Shown here one piece after another: positions 28,514 through 37,087 of a DNA stretch of 64,000 nucleotides. The translations under genes were made by a program, and so were the position numbers. A model generated the notes under the pieces. It searched no databases. It was given only the letters and a program-made list of their open reading frames with translations, and had not been told where the DNA came from. The DNA lies in assembly GCA_001001285.1 (NCBI GenBank), contig LCKG01000004.1:1957-65956 (forward strand), in the 5' to 3' direction. Source of the stretch: Parcubacteria group bacterium GW2011_GWC1_45_13 (GTDB lineage: Bacteria; Patescibacteriota; Minisyncoccia; UBA11713; 2-01-FULL-45-33). Numbering within the stretch: the first letter of the stretch is position 1; each line of letters opens with the position of its first letter.

Positions 28514-28849
28514 TTAATGAATATTTGATTGACGAAGACGGCTTGCTTTTTCCGGATCAATGCCGAGAATTTGATATTTTTCCCTTGCCTTTGATTCAGT
28601 TATGTCCCCTTTCTCTAAAACCTTTCTATCCAACGCTCCTAAAATAGCTATGCGTGCTTTTAAAAAATCGCCATCGTCAAGATAAATAGCTACATTATCT
28701 TGCCCCTCATCGGTCATTAATTCCGTCGCTAGTTTTAGAAGTTGTTGCTTATATTCTTCATCCCTCCTCAAATCCGTCCCTTCTTTCATATTTATCTCCT
28801 CCTTCATGTATTTATTATAAAAACTAGCATGTCTAAAAAACTTTGGCAA
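28514..28849 (-). CDS. Hypothetical protein
   Basis: Charged ORF; the true start is probably an internal Met (~28808 or ~28790, the latter preceded by AGGAGGAG). Confidence 0.6.
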   Translation of the reverse strand: MPKFFRHASFYNKYMKEEINMKEGTDLRRDEEYKQQLLKLATELMTDEGQDNVAIYLDDGDFLKARIAILGALDRKVLEKGDITESKAREKYQILGIDPEKASRLRQSNIH

Positions 28850-28866
28850 TTTGGTGATTGATTACC

Positions 28867-28893
28867 CCACTTGGACGTCCGACGTCCAAGTGG
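28867..28893. repeat. Family A palindrome just downstream of transposase
   Basis: CCACTTGGACGTC-C-GACGTCCAAGTGG. Confidence 0.93.
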
Positions 28894-28896
28894 CTA

Positions 28897-29541
28897 TTAA
28901 TTTTCTAAAGATAACAGAACCTCTAGCTCTTTTAATAATTCTTTTCTTTGTAAAATATTTTTTAATGACTCTTCTCCAAATGTCTTATATTCTTTTTTGT
29001 TTTTAAATTGCTTAAGAATAATATTTTTATTACAAAGGTTTTCTTCACTTGAACTAATAAATTCTTCCCAACTAGAATAGGCGCCCCCCTCTTTTAATCT
29101 ATGTGCGCGGTTATTTAAATTTACATAAACGCTTGCATGCAATAAATATTCATTGGAATCAATATGACTAGATTTAAATTTGCCCTGAAAAAGTACGCCG
29201 CTCCTTTTATATTTATTATTAAAATACTTTGTATAGCCACCATTTAATCTTTTCATAAACTCGCTTAATCCACCGTCTGTTTTTGGCTCCAAAATCATAT
29301 GATAATGATTTGGATTAAGGCAATAGCAAATGATATTCACCAACTTGGACGTCTGACGTCCAAGTCGGGGTTTATCGAATGAATTTTCGTAAATACTGCC
29401 TATTGGTTCTAGAGAATTAAATTCCTTCATACTTTGAAGAAACCTCTTGAAATCATAATCGTTGTTAAATACAATACGCTTATCAGTGCCGCGGTTATAG
29501 ATATGATAAAATTCACCAATCATGAAAGCGGTTTTTCTCAT
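28897..29541 (-). CDS. HUH tyrosine transposase (Y1/IS200-like, REP-associated RAYT type)
   Basis: YHIYNRG, YCL.PNHYH (HUH), YFN.KY.RSG.LFQ..FKS, YV.LN and YSS motifs. Confidence 0.9.
   Translation of the reverse strand: MRKTAFMIGEFYHIYNRGTDKRIVFNNDYDFKRFLQSMKEFNSLEPIGSIYENSFDKPRLGRQTSKLVNIICYCLNPNHYHMILEPKTDGGLSEFMKRLNGGYTKYFNNKYKRSGVLFQGKFKSSHIDSNEYLLHASVYVNLNNRAHRLKEGGAYSSWEEFISSSEENLCNKNIILKQFKNKKEYKTFGEESLKNILQRKELLKELEVLLSLEN
29343..29365. repeat. Family A palindrome inside the transposase gene
   Basis: ACTTGGACGTC-T-GACGTCCAAGT, read as RLGRQTSKL. Confidence 0.92.
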
Positions 29542-29555
29542 GATACTATATTAGC

Positions 29556-29578
29556 ACTTGGACGTCCGACGTCCAAGT
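29556..29578. repeat. Family A palindrome just upstream of transposase
   Basis: ACTTGGACGTC-C-GACGTCCAAGT. Confidence 0.93.
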
Positions 29579-29595
29579 TGGGAAGTGGGTATAGA

Positions 29596-30657
29596 CTAAA
29601 AAACTTTGGCAATGTCGTGGTAAGTTACTACCAACATAAGAATAATTAAAATCGCGAGGCCTAAACTGTGCACCAGGGCGCTGGCCTTGGGAGAAATCCT
29701 GCGGCCAAGCAAACTTTCAATCAAAAGAAAAAATAATCTCCCACCATCCAAGCCTGGGAACGGTAAAATATTGATTAAAGAAAGATTAATGGATAAAACG
29801 GCAATTAATATAAGAAGGGCGCCAAAGCCAAGATTGATAGCCGAAGAAGTGATGTTAAAAATTCCCACAGGACCAGCGACTTCAATCGGTGGGGTTTCTC
29901 TTTCAAACAAGCTTTGTACAAGATTCCAAAATCCCAAAACCGTTCCTTTTAAAATTTCCCAAGTGAACCGGGCGCCGTCTATCGGAGCCAGATACCACGA
30001 AGTTTTTTTTACGCGCGTAAGACCGAGAGCAATCCCCAACGGCCCCTCCCCTTCCGGCGGATTTTGGCGAGAAAGCGCGCTGATCTCAATAGAATTTTTA
30101 CCTCGGATCATTGTGATTGAGATTGTTTTCCCTTGGTTTTGTTTAATAAGATTTTGCACGTCTTTTATTGTTTGAAAACCCGGAATCTGGTCTCCTGGCA
30201 TAATGCCGGCGCGGGACGCAGGCGAATTCGGCACCACATCCATAATGGTTATTTTAGCGTCGGGATAAATATTGCTTTCCTCTTCGGAGACGACTTGCGG
30301 AACGCCCAAACTGCTTACCAAAGTAAGCGCAAGAAAAGCTAAAATAATATTCGCTAATACGCCGCTGGCCAGTATCACGGCCCTTTTCGGGACAGGTTTT
30401 GACCCAAAACTTTCCGGCTGAGAAACTTCGTCACCCTCTTCGCCAAAAATTTTCACAAATCCGCCAAAAGGCAGAAGATTTAAAGAATAAAGAGTATCAT
30501 GCTTATCGCGCCATAAACTCAAAATCCGAGGAGGGATGCCGAATCCAAATTCTTCAACTTTAACGCCAAAGAACCGCGCCGTAAAAAAATGTCCGGCCTC
30601 GTGGGAGAGTACTAGGATTATAAGAATAGTCAGAAAAATTAAAAAAGTTAAAAGCAC
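29596..30657 (-). CDS. rseP: RIP metalloprotease RseP (M50) with PDZ
   Basis: HEAGH, PFGGFVKI and NILPFPGLDGG motifs. Confidence 0.94.
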   Translation of the reverse strand: MLLTFLIFLTILIILVLSHEAGHFFTARFFGVKVEEFGFGIPPRILSLWRDKHDTLYSLNLLPFGGFVKIFGEEGDEVSQPESFGSKPVPKRAVILASGVLANIILAFLALTLVSSLGVPQVVSEEESNIYPDAKITIMDVVPNSPASRAGIMPGDQIPGFQTIKDVQNLIKQNQGKTISITMIRGKNSIEISALSRQNPPEGEGPLGIALGLTRVKKTSWYLAPIDGARFTWEILKGTVLGFWNLVQSLFERETPPIEVAGPVGIFNITSSAINLGFGALLILIAVLSINLSLINILPFPGLDGGRLFFLLIESLLGRRISPKASALVHSLGLAILIILMLVVTYHDIAKVF

Positions 30658-30661
30658 GGGT

Positions 30662-31213
30662 TTATATTTCCATTAATTCTTTTTCTTTTTTTGCGGCGAG
30701 TTCCGCGATTTTTTTATTTGTTTCTTCGGCAATTTTTTCCATTTTTTCTTTTTGGGAAAATTTTTGATTTTCCGATATGATTTTGGTGCGCTCTTCTTCC
30801 TGAATCGTTTTCCAAATTTCATCCCGGCGCTTTCTTGCCGATATCCGCGCCTCCTCCGCTTTTTGGCCTACAATTTTGGCAAATTGTTTCCTGCGCTCCT
30901 CTGTAAGCGCCGGAAAAATCGCTCTGACCTGATCCGTTTCAGAAATTATAGAAAGCCCCAGATTGGCTCTGGCCAGCGCCTGTTCAATGGCCGGAAGCAG
31001 ATTTTTGTCCCAGGGGCGGATAAGCACGCTTTTGGGGTCGGGCGAAGACAAAGCCGCCGCGTGCGCCAAAGGGGTGAGAACGCCGTAGGATTCAACCATA
31101 ATCCCCTCCAAAACAGAGGAAGTTGCCCGTCCGGTGCGAATTTTTTTAAGATCTTCCGCGAACCATAAAATTATTTTTTGGAATTCTTTTTCTTCTTTTG
31201 AAAAATCTATCAT
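30662..31213 (-). CDS. frr: Ribosome recycling factor
   Basis: IRTGRA, PWDK and P.LTEERRK motifs. Confidence 0.95.
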   Translation of the reverse strand: MIDFSKEEKEFQKIILWFAEDLKKIRTGRATSSVLEGIMVESYGVLTPLAHAAALSSPDPKSVLIRPWDKNLLPAIEQALARANLGLSIISETDQVRAIFPALTEERRKQFAKIVGQKAEEARISARKRRDEIWKTIQEEERTKIISENQKFSQKEKMEKIAEETNKKIAELAAKKEKELMEI

Positions 31214-31848
31214 GATATTAAATTTAAATACTCTCCCAAAAGCCTTTTGTTGACGGTCGGATCGTTTATAATTTTATGAATTTCCAGTATTTTTTCGAAT
31301 TTTAAAATATTGGCATGATTCGGATTCTTTCTTGCGGAAATTTCAGCTCCCGCAAGCGATTTAATTAATTTTGTTTTTAGCTCATCTTCTGACTTTACCG
31401 TCTCCGGCTCCGTAGTCCAGAATCTAAAAACGGAAAAACGCGATTTTATCGTGCTAAGCAAAAAAGATTTATTTTTAGTTGTCGCTATAATAATACTATT
31501 TATTGAAGGCTCCTCCAAGAGCTTAAGCATGGCGGGAGACGCTTCGCGGCTCAAGTTTTCAATATTTTTTATCAAAAAAACATTTTTTCTGCCGGAAACG
31601 GCGCTCTGCGAACTTTTTATTTTAAGCATCCTCACTTCTTCTATAGTTATCGGGTCTTCTTCAGTTTTAAAAAAATCTGGGCTGTGCGCGTAATTTTCCC
31701 CCAAAAAATAAGTCGCAAGCAAATGAACCGCCTCATCCTTCGCTTTTTCATCGTTCCCGGAAAATAAATACGCCTGCGGCAACATTCCACACTCAATTTG
31801 GCGTTTTAATAGTGATAGTGCTGAATTTTGTTGCAATTTTTCGCTCAT
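31210..31848 (-). CDS. holB: DNA polymerase III delta-prime-like clamp loader subunit
   Basis: QAYLFSG, HSPD, ITIEEVR, LKLLEEP and TIKSR motifs. Confidence 0.78.
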   Translation of the reverse strand: MSEKLQQNSALSLLKRQIECGMLPQAYLFSGNDEKAKDEAVHLLATYFLGENYAHSPDFFKTEEDPITIEEVRMLKIKSSQSAVSGRKNVFLIKNIENLSREASPAMLKLLEEPSINSIIIATTKNKSFLLSTIKSRFSVFRFWTTEPETVKSEDELKTKLIKSLAGAEISARKNPNHANILKFEKILEIHKIINDPTVNKRLLGEYLNLIS

Positions 31849-31951
31849 TCTATTTATTCACAGATGGCTATTGACATTAATAATGGGCTTGCTACGCTTA
31901 AATTACATATGGCTTCGGCCTCGCTTCGCTCAATTGCGGAGCAAATTATTT

Positions 31952-32344
31952 TCAGCCAAACAATACTTCAATTAAAGCTAATTTAAGCCTTTCAAATTGG
32001 GCTTCGTCCAGTGTTCCTATTTTACGCACCAACCTTTTTGTATCCAATAAGCGAACTTGCGAAAGCACGGCTGTCGCATCTTGCCCTATGATTTTCCCCA
32101 AGTAAAAATAATGTTTTCCGACCTTTTTTCTACCAGTTAATCCTACTCCAAAAAATGTATTTTTATTAAAGCCGCGCACTACGATTACCGGCCTGTCAAA
32201 ATTCTTGCCTGTTCCATCTTGTTCAAAACCAATATTGACGCCTAACGAACACCACCATATCTCGCGCTCATGATAAAAGTGTAAAACATTCTGGCTGTGC
32301 AGTCTTTTCTTGTTTATGTTCCATCTATCAAAATCCTTTTCCAT
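31952..32344 (-). CDS. PemK/MazF-family toxin-like protein
   Basis: EIWWCSLGVNIGFEQDG..RPV and LSQVRLLD.KRL; start placed at MEKDFD. Confidence 0.85.
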   Translation of the reverse strand: MEKDFDRWNINKKRLHSQNVLHFYHEREIWWCSLGVNIGFEQDGTGKNFDRPVIVVRGFNKNTFFGVGLTGRKKVGKHYFYLGKIIGQDATAVLSQVRLLDTKRLVRKIGTLDEAQFERLKLALIEVLFG

Positions 32345-32348
32345 AATC

Positions 32349-33146
32349 TTATTCTTTATTCTTATCCCTCTCCTCCACAAATTTTTTAACTTCCTCGTAG
32401 CTCATCTTCTTTGGCCAATATAAGTTGCCATATACATCGTAAATTGGTAATAACAAATTCCCTTTTTCTTTATAAACTTGTTCAGATAATATTCCGATTT
32501 CTGCAGCTAATTGGTCATATTGGTAATTATCCTGTAGTTTTAACAAAATGCCATTGAAAAAACGTGGTGGTACTCGGTGAGACAAATTAAAACCATAAGC
32601 TGTGGTAAATTTTCTTGTACTTCGCTTATAATATGTTTCATAGTACTTACGACTCATTTTATTCGTATCGTCATCATATGTGAATTTAGACAGGTCAAAT
32701 ATGAAAGCTAGTGCGTTTTTCTTTGAACTTCCTGCAGATTTACTTATCCATGTTTCTCCTGACTGCGTATTCGGCGTTTCCTCTTCATGCGCCATACCTG
32801 TTACATTAAAATAAACGTTAGATCTTCCTCCTTTTCTAAGCGAAACCTGAGCTTCTTTTGCCCACTGTTCCTTTGTCGGCGGCACTCCCTCCAAATAAAA
32901 TTTTTCTGGGGTGCCTAGTAATCCTTCTTTCAAAATCCGCACGAGTTTTGTTTTTTGTAAGTTATCCTGTTCAAATATGGACCCTGCAGAGTACGGCCCT
33001 CCGCTCACAAAAGAATAAGCTACCCCTGCTTCATTAATATCCTGCACCTTGTTCATCACTTTCTCTAAAACTTCCGGAGAAAGTTCGGATTCTGGAGATT
33101 TAGTACTTTCTTTAAAGCTTTCTATTGCTGGCGGTTTTTCGGGCAT
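32349..33146 (-). CDS. Hypothetical protein (AT-rich)
   Basis: Long ORF with start placed at MPEKPP; contains ILKEGLL and PIYD..GNL.WPK. Confidence 0.75.
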   Translation of the reverse strand: MPEKPPAIESFKESTKSPESELSPEVLEKVMNKVQDINEAGVAYSFVSGGPYSAGSIFEQDNLQKTKLVRILKEGLLGTPEKFYLEGVPPTKEQWAKEAQVSLRKGGRSNVYFNVTGMAHEEETPNTQSGETWISKSAGSSKKNALAFIFDLSKFTYDDDTNKMSRKYYETYYKRSTRKFTTAYGFNLSHRVPPRFFNGILLKLQDNYQYDQLAAEIGILSEQVYKEKGNLLLPIYDVYGNLYWPKKMSYEEVKKFVEERDKNKE

Positions 33147-33147
33147 A

Positions 33148-34161
33148 TTATCTTTTCGCCACGATGCTTTTTTTGTAGGAATCCAAATGCTCAAGAGCAG
33201 TGCCAGTGCCTTTAGCCACGCAATAAAGCGCGTCTTTAGCCACGGTCGCTGGCACGCCCGTAGAGCGCGTGACCAAAACGTTTAAATTTCGGAGAAGCGA
33301 TCCGCCCCCAGTCATCACAATCCCGTTTTCTATAATATCGGACGCCAGCTCCGGCGGAGTATTATGCAGAACCTGCTTGATGGCTTTTATAATATCTCGC
33401 AGTTCGCCGTCTATTGCTTTCACCACTTCGTTGGTACGGATGTCTATGGATCTGGGAAGTCCAGTCAAAAAATCGCGTCCCTTGATTGTAGTAGTCAATT
33501 CTTCTTCCAGAGGAATTGCGGATCCTATGCCTATTTTTATCTGTTCCGCAGTTGTGTCGCCGATCGCCAAATTAAACTGTTTTTTAATATAATCAGCAAT
33601 GGCTTGGTCAATTTTACCCCCGGCAACTTTTACTGAAATGGAACTCACTATCCCGCCCAAAGAAATCACGGCGGCGTCCATCGTTCCTCCACCGATGTCC
33701 ACCACCATATGCCCTCTGGGTTCGTGGATCGGAATCCCCGCGCCAATTGCCGCCAACACCGGCTCTTTTACCACATAAGCGGATTTGGCTCCGGCTTTTA
33801 TCGCCGCTTCCACCACCGATCTTCTTTCGGTGGAAGTGACCCCGGCCGGAACCGAAATCAAAACTTCCGGCTTTATCAAATTCCACCTGCCTACTGTTTT
33901 TGAAATAAAATAGCGTAGCATCGCTTCCGTCACACGATAATCCGCAATCACGCCGTCCTTCATTGGACGGTAAGCAATGATGCTTTCAGGCGTGCGCCCG
34001 ATCATGACTTTTGCTTCCACGCCCACCGCCAGTATCCGATTTTCCGGAAGAGAGACGGCTACCACCGACGGTTCGTTGAGAACTATTCCTTGCCCAGGCA
34101 CGTAAACTAAAGTGTTGGCTGTTCCCAAATCTATTCCGATTTTTTTTATAAATAAATTCAT
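33148..34161 (-). CDS. mreB: Second MreB/Mbl paralogue
   Basis: GIDLGTANT, EPSVVA, DIGGGT and TPPEL motifs; follows murA. Confidence 0.93.
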   Translation of the reverse strand: MNLFIKKIGIDLGTANTLVYVPGQGIVLNEPSVVAVSLPENRILAVGVEAKVMIGRTPESIIAYRPMKDGVIADYRVTEAMLRYFISKTVGRWNLIKPEVLISVPAGVTSTERRSVVEAAIKAGAKSAYVVKEPVLAAIGAGIPIHEPRGHMVVDIGGGTMDAAVISLGGIVSSISVKVAGGKIDQAIADYIKKQFNLAIGDTTAEQIKIGIGSAIPLEEELTTTIKGRDFLTGLPRSIDIRTNEVVKAIDGELRDIIKAIKQVLHNTPPELASDIIENGIVMTGGGSLLRNLNVLVTRSTGVPATVAKDALYCVAKGTGTALEHLDSYKKSIVAKR

Positions 34162-35418
34162 TTATATCTGTTTTATATCTGCGCCTATGGAGCGAAGCCT
34201 ATAATCTATATTTTCGTATCCTCTCTCAATTTGATAAATATTTCCAATACTTGTTTCTCCGCTAGCTATAAGTCCGGCGATTATAAACGCCAAACCTGCA
34301 CGAATATCAGGGCTTTCCAGAGCTCTCCCGGACAATTTAGTAGGCCCGTAGACTATGGCCCTATGCGGATCGCACAGCGTTATCCGTGAACCCATTTTAT
34401 TCAAATCCTGAATATAATTCAACCTCCCTTCAAAAACAGTCTCATGCACCAAACTCTGTCCTTCAGCCTGGGTAAGCAAAATAGTAAAAGGAGCTTGAAG
34501 ATCCGTTGGAAAACCGGGGAATTCTTTGGTGGTGACATTGCTCGCGCGCAAAGTTTTTTTATAAGCATCTTTTCCGCCAAAGGCGGACCAACCTTTGGCT
34601 GGAAAAATAATAGAATTATTTTCCAAAACATACTCCACGCCTACATTGAAAAGCAAAACCAGAAAAGTCGACAGTTCTCCCGCAACGAAATTCTTTATTC
34701 TTAAATTTTTTCCGAGAAGCGCTCCCAAGATAGCGAAACTCCCAGCTTCAATTCTATCTGGCGGTACGATAAATCGCGTGCTATAATTAAGAAGTTTCCC
34801 TGATCGTCCTTCTATTTTTATAGTTGTGGTGCCGGCGCCCGCGATTTGAGCGCCATTGGCATTAAGAAAATCGGCTAAATATTTAATCTCGGGTTCAAGC
34901 ACAGCATTTCGTAAAATAGTAGTTCCTTTTGCTAAAACAGCGGTCATAATCAAAGCTTCCGTTCCAGTCACCGAAGGGATTTTAAACGTGTAATCAACTC
35001 CGAAAAGTCCTTCCGGAGCAGTGATTTCATAATCTGCCGGAGCGCTCTTCGACAATTTAGTTTTTGCTCCCATGATTTTCCAGCCATCCAAAAATACATC
35101 AATTGGGCGCTCTCCAATGACACATCCACCTGGATGAGGAAAAGCGACTTTGCCAAAACGCGCGAGAGCCGCACCAACCGGTAAAATCGATGCGCGAAAT
35201 TTTTTTGCTATTTCGTAATCAATCCTCCCGTCCGCATCCAATTTATCAAGAAGCTCCTGCATTCTTTTTACGTCTTCAATATTTGGTAAATTTTCAATTT
35301 CAATCTTTTCTTTAAATAAAACAGAAGAGGCTAAAACAGGCAGCGCCGCATTTTTACTGCCGTTGATTTCTATCTCGCCTTCCAGTGCCCTGCCTCCCTT
35401 TATTAAAAATTTTGTCAT
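34162..35418 (-). CDS. murA: UDP-GlcNAc 1-carboxyvinyltransferase
   Basis: GSKNAALP, PGGC.IG.RP, PGFPTDLQ, DIRAG and IERGYE motifs. Confidence 0.97.
   Translation of the reverse strand: MTKFLIKGGRALEGEIEINGSKNAALPVLASSVLFKEKIEIENLPNIEDVKRMQELLDKLDADGRIDYEIAKKFRASILPVGAALARFGKVAFPHPGGCVIGERPIDVFLDGWKIMGAKTKLSKSAPADYEITAPEGLFGVDYTFKIPSVTGTEALIMTAVLAKGTTILRNAVLEPEIKYLADFLNANGAQIAGAGTTTIKIEGRSGKLLNYSTRFIVPPDRIEAGSFAILGALLGKNLRIKNFVAGELSTFLVLLFNVGVEYVLENNSIIFPAKGWSAFGGKDAYKKTLRASNVTTKEFPGFPTDLQAPFTILLTQAEGQSLVHETVFEGRLNYIQDLNKMGSRITLCDPHRAIVYGPTKLSGRALESPDIRAGLAFIIAGLIASGETSIGNIYQIERGYENIDYRLRSIGADIKQI
34573..34602. repeat. Family D 30-nt double-hairpin insert in murA
   Basis: TCCGCC-AAA-GGCGGA-CCAACC-TTT-GGCTGG adds PAKGWSAFGG. 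Confidence 0.82.
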
Positions 35419-35463
35419 TGGCTTAAATTTATGCTATTTTAAACGATAAATCAAATTAATTCT

Positions 35464-36369
35464 ATGCTTACCAAAACTAAACGGCGGGTTTTGTTTTATC
35501 TTGCCACACTCATATTTGTGCTGCTGTCGGCTCCGGTTATTTTGTATAGCTTAGGATACGGCATCGGAAGCGATTTTAAACTTCATAAAACCGGAGGCAT
35601 ATTCATAAAAGCCTCAGGAGCTGGCGCCAATGTGACTGTTGATAAAAAAAACAAAAGCACCTCGCTCTTGGCGAATTCCGCTTTGATAAAAAATCTGCTT
35701 CCGGGCGAACATCAAGTTGCCGTGGAAAAAGACGGCTTTTGGAAATGGTCAAAAACATTTGCGGTTCTGCCAGAGATAGTTGCGGAGAGATTTGTGCTTT
35801 TGGTGCCCAAAAATACCGAAATAAAAATTTTAGGAACTACGACTCCAACCTTGGAAACAAAAAAACCGAAATTTCCCGGCGTAAAAAAATTCTGGGCTAT
35901 TCCGAAAACTGACAATTTTTTGATTTTGGGAGATGATGGCAGTTTTTATAGAGACAAAGATCTTTTTGACATCATCGGCCAATGGGGTACCACGACCTTT
36001 AATATTTTAAAAAGCAACAAAAACAGCTTCTTTGATGAAACTTTTTCAAGGGTTATTTATTGGGGCGAAGAAAATATAGATTCCTACTGGATTTCCGATT
36101 TAGACAAAATGCCAGAATGGGAAAAAGAAAGAGGCCTTCATATTTTATCGGCTTCGCCCATAAATGATGTGAGATTTTATCCCGGCTGGCCGGATTATTT
36201 GATGGTCACGAGCGGAGATTCAATTTACGTGGTGGAAATGGAGCAAGCTGGCGGGCAAAACATTTTCCCGATACATAAAGGCAAACAGCCAAAAATTATT
36301 CAGATTGATGCCGGCAAATTAATCTTATTGGACGAAACAAATTATATAGAAGTCACATTGCCTAAATAG
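35464..36369 (+). CDS. PEGA-domain membrane-anchored protein
   Basis: N-terminal TM, KTGGIFI and NLLPG.H.V.V.KDGF..W.K. Confidence 0.78.
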   Translation: MLTKTKRRVLFYLATLIFVLLSAPVILYSLGYGIGSDFKLHKTGGIFIKASGAGANVTVDKKNKSTSLLANSALIKNLLPGEHQVAVEKDGFWKWSKTFAVLPEIVAERFVLLVPKNTEIKILGTTTPTLETKKPKFPGVKKFWAIPKTDNFLILGDDGSFYRDKDLFDIIGQWGTTTFNILKSNKNSFFDETFSRVIYWGEENIDSYWISDLDKMPEWEKERGLHILSASPINDVRFYPGWPDYLMVTSGDSIYVVEMEQAGGQNIFPIHKGKQPKIIQIDAGKLILLDETNYIEVTLPK

Positions 36370-36426
36370 GCTTAACTCGTCTATCCGAGATTGACGACTT
36401 TTTATGTGTTTAGTAAACTTATAGTG

Positions 36427-36654
36427 ATGGATTTAATACAAAAGAAATATCTCACCATTCATCAAGCCGCCAAATTAATAGGCGTTACCGCGCTTACGCT
36501 TAGAAATTGGGACAATCTGCGCAAATTTCAAGCAGCCAGGCACCCCATAAACAATTATCGGGTCTATACTTTAGAACAAATTGAATCATTGCTTAAAAAA
36601 TTAGGACTGCCTAAGCCTGCCAAGAAATTGGTTATAAAGATTTTAGAGGATTAG
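36427..36654 (+). CDS. MerR/excisionase-like HTH protein
   Basis: LTIHQAAKLIGVTALTLRNWD and RHPINNYRVY. Confidence 0.85.
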   Translation: MDLIQKKYLTIHQAAKLIGVTALTLRNWDNLRKFQAARHPINNYRVYTLEQIESLLKKLGLPKPAKKLVIKILED

Positions 36655-36671
36655 TAAGGTTTATTAATATT

Positions 36672-36959
36672 TTGGACATTATACGACAAAATCAGAACCT
36701 TTTTTGAGCAAAATCCCAACTGATTTACCCCTTCATTCACCCCTTCATCGGCTCTGCCTCGGAATGAAGGGGTAGCTCTGTTGATTTGCCTTATGTTTAC
36801 TGGACTTTCTAACCTTCGCTCTTCAAAATCCCAAACCCGACTTCACTCCGCTACGCCCCATTCCACGCTTGTGCTGTTTTCCACGAAAGTCCTCCTGTGG
36901 AGGACTGGCTCGCCGCCCAGCTGGGCGGCTCGCAGGTCGCCGGAATTCCTCCCCTCAAA
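36672..36959 (+). repeat. Left copy of ~290-bp inverted element flanking the island
   Basis: Aligns along its length with the reverse complement of 39880-40170; 36831-36879 is identical but for one indel. Confidence 0.88.
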
Positions 36960-37087
36960 CCCCTCCTTTCGGCTGGTCCTTAGATGAGGTAGATAAGCAG
37001 TTATCCACAGGTGAGTACTTTACAAGAATGTGATATTGGTATAGGATCATACTATCACTTAATAAACTATCAATTAGTATACAAAAT

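Larger units (their letters stand above)
28833..29613. mobile_element. RAYT-like cassette bounded by an 18-bp direct repeat
   Basis: CTAAAAAACTTTGGCAAT occurs at 28833-28850 and 29596-29613 (the rseP 3' end) and encloses the transposase and its flanking palindromes. Confidence 0.75.
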
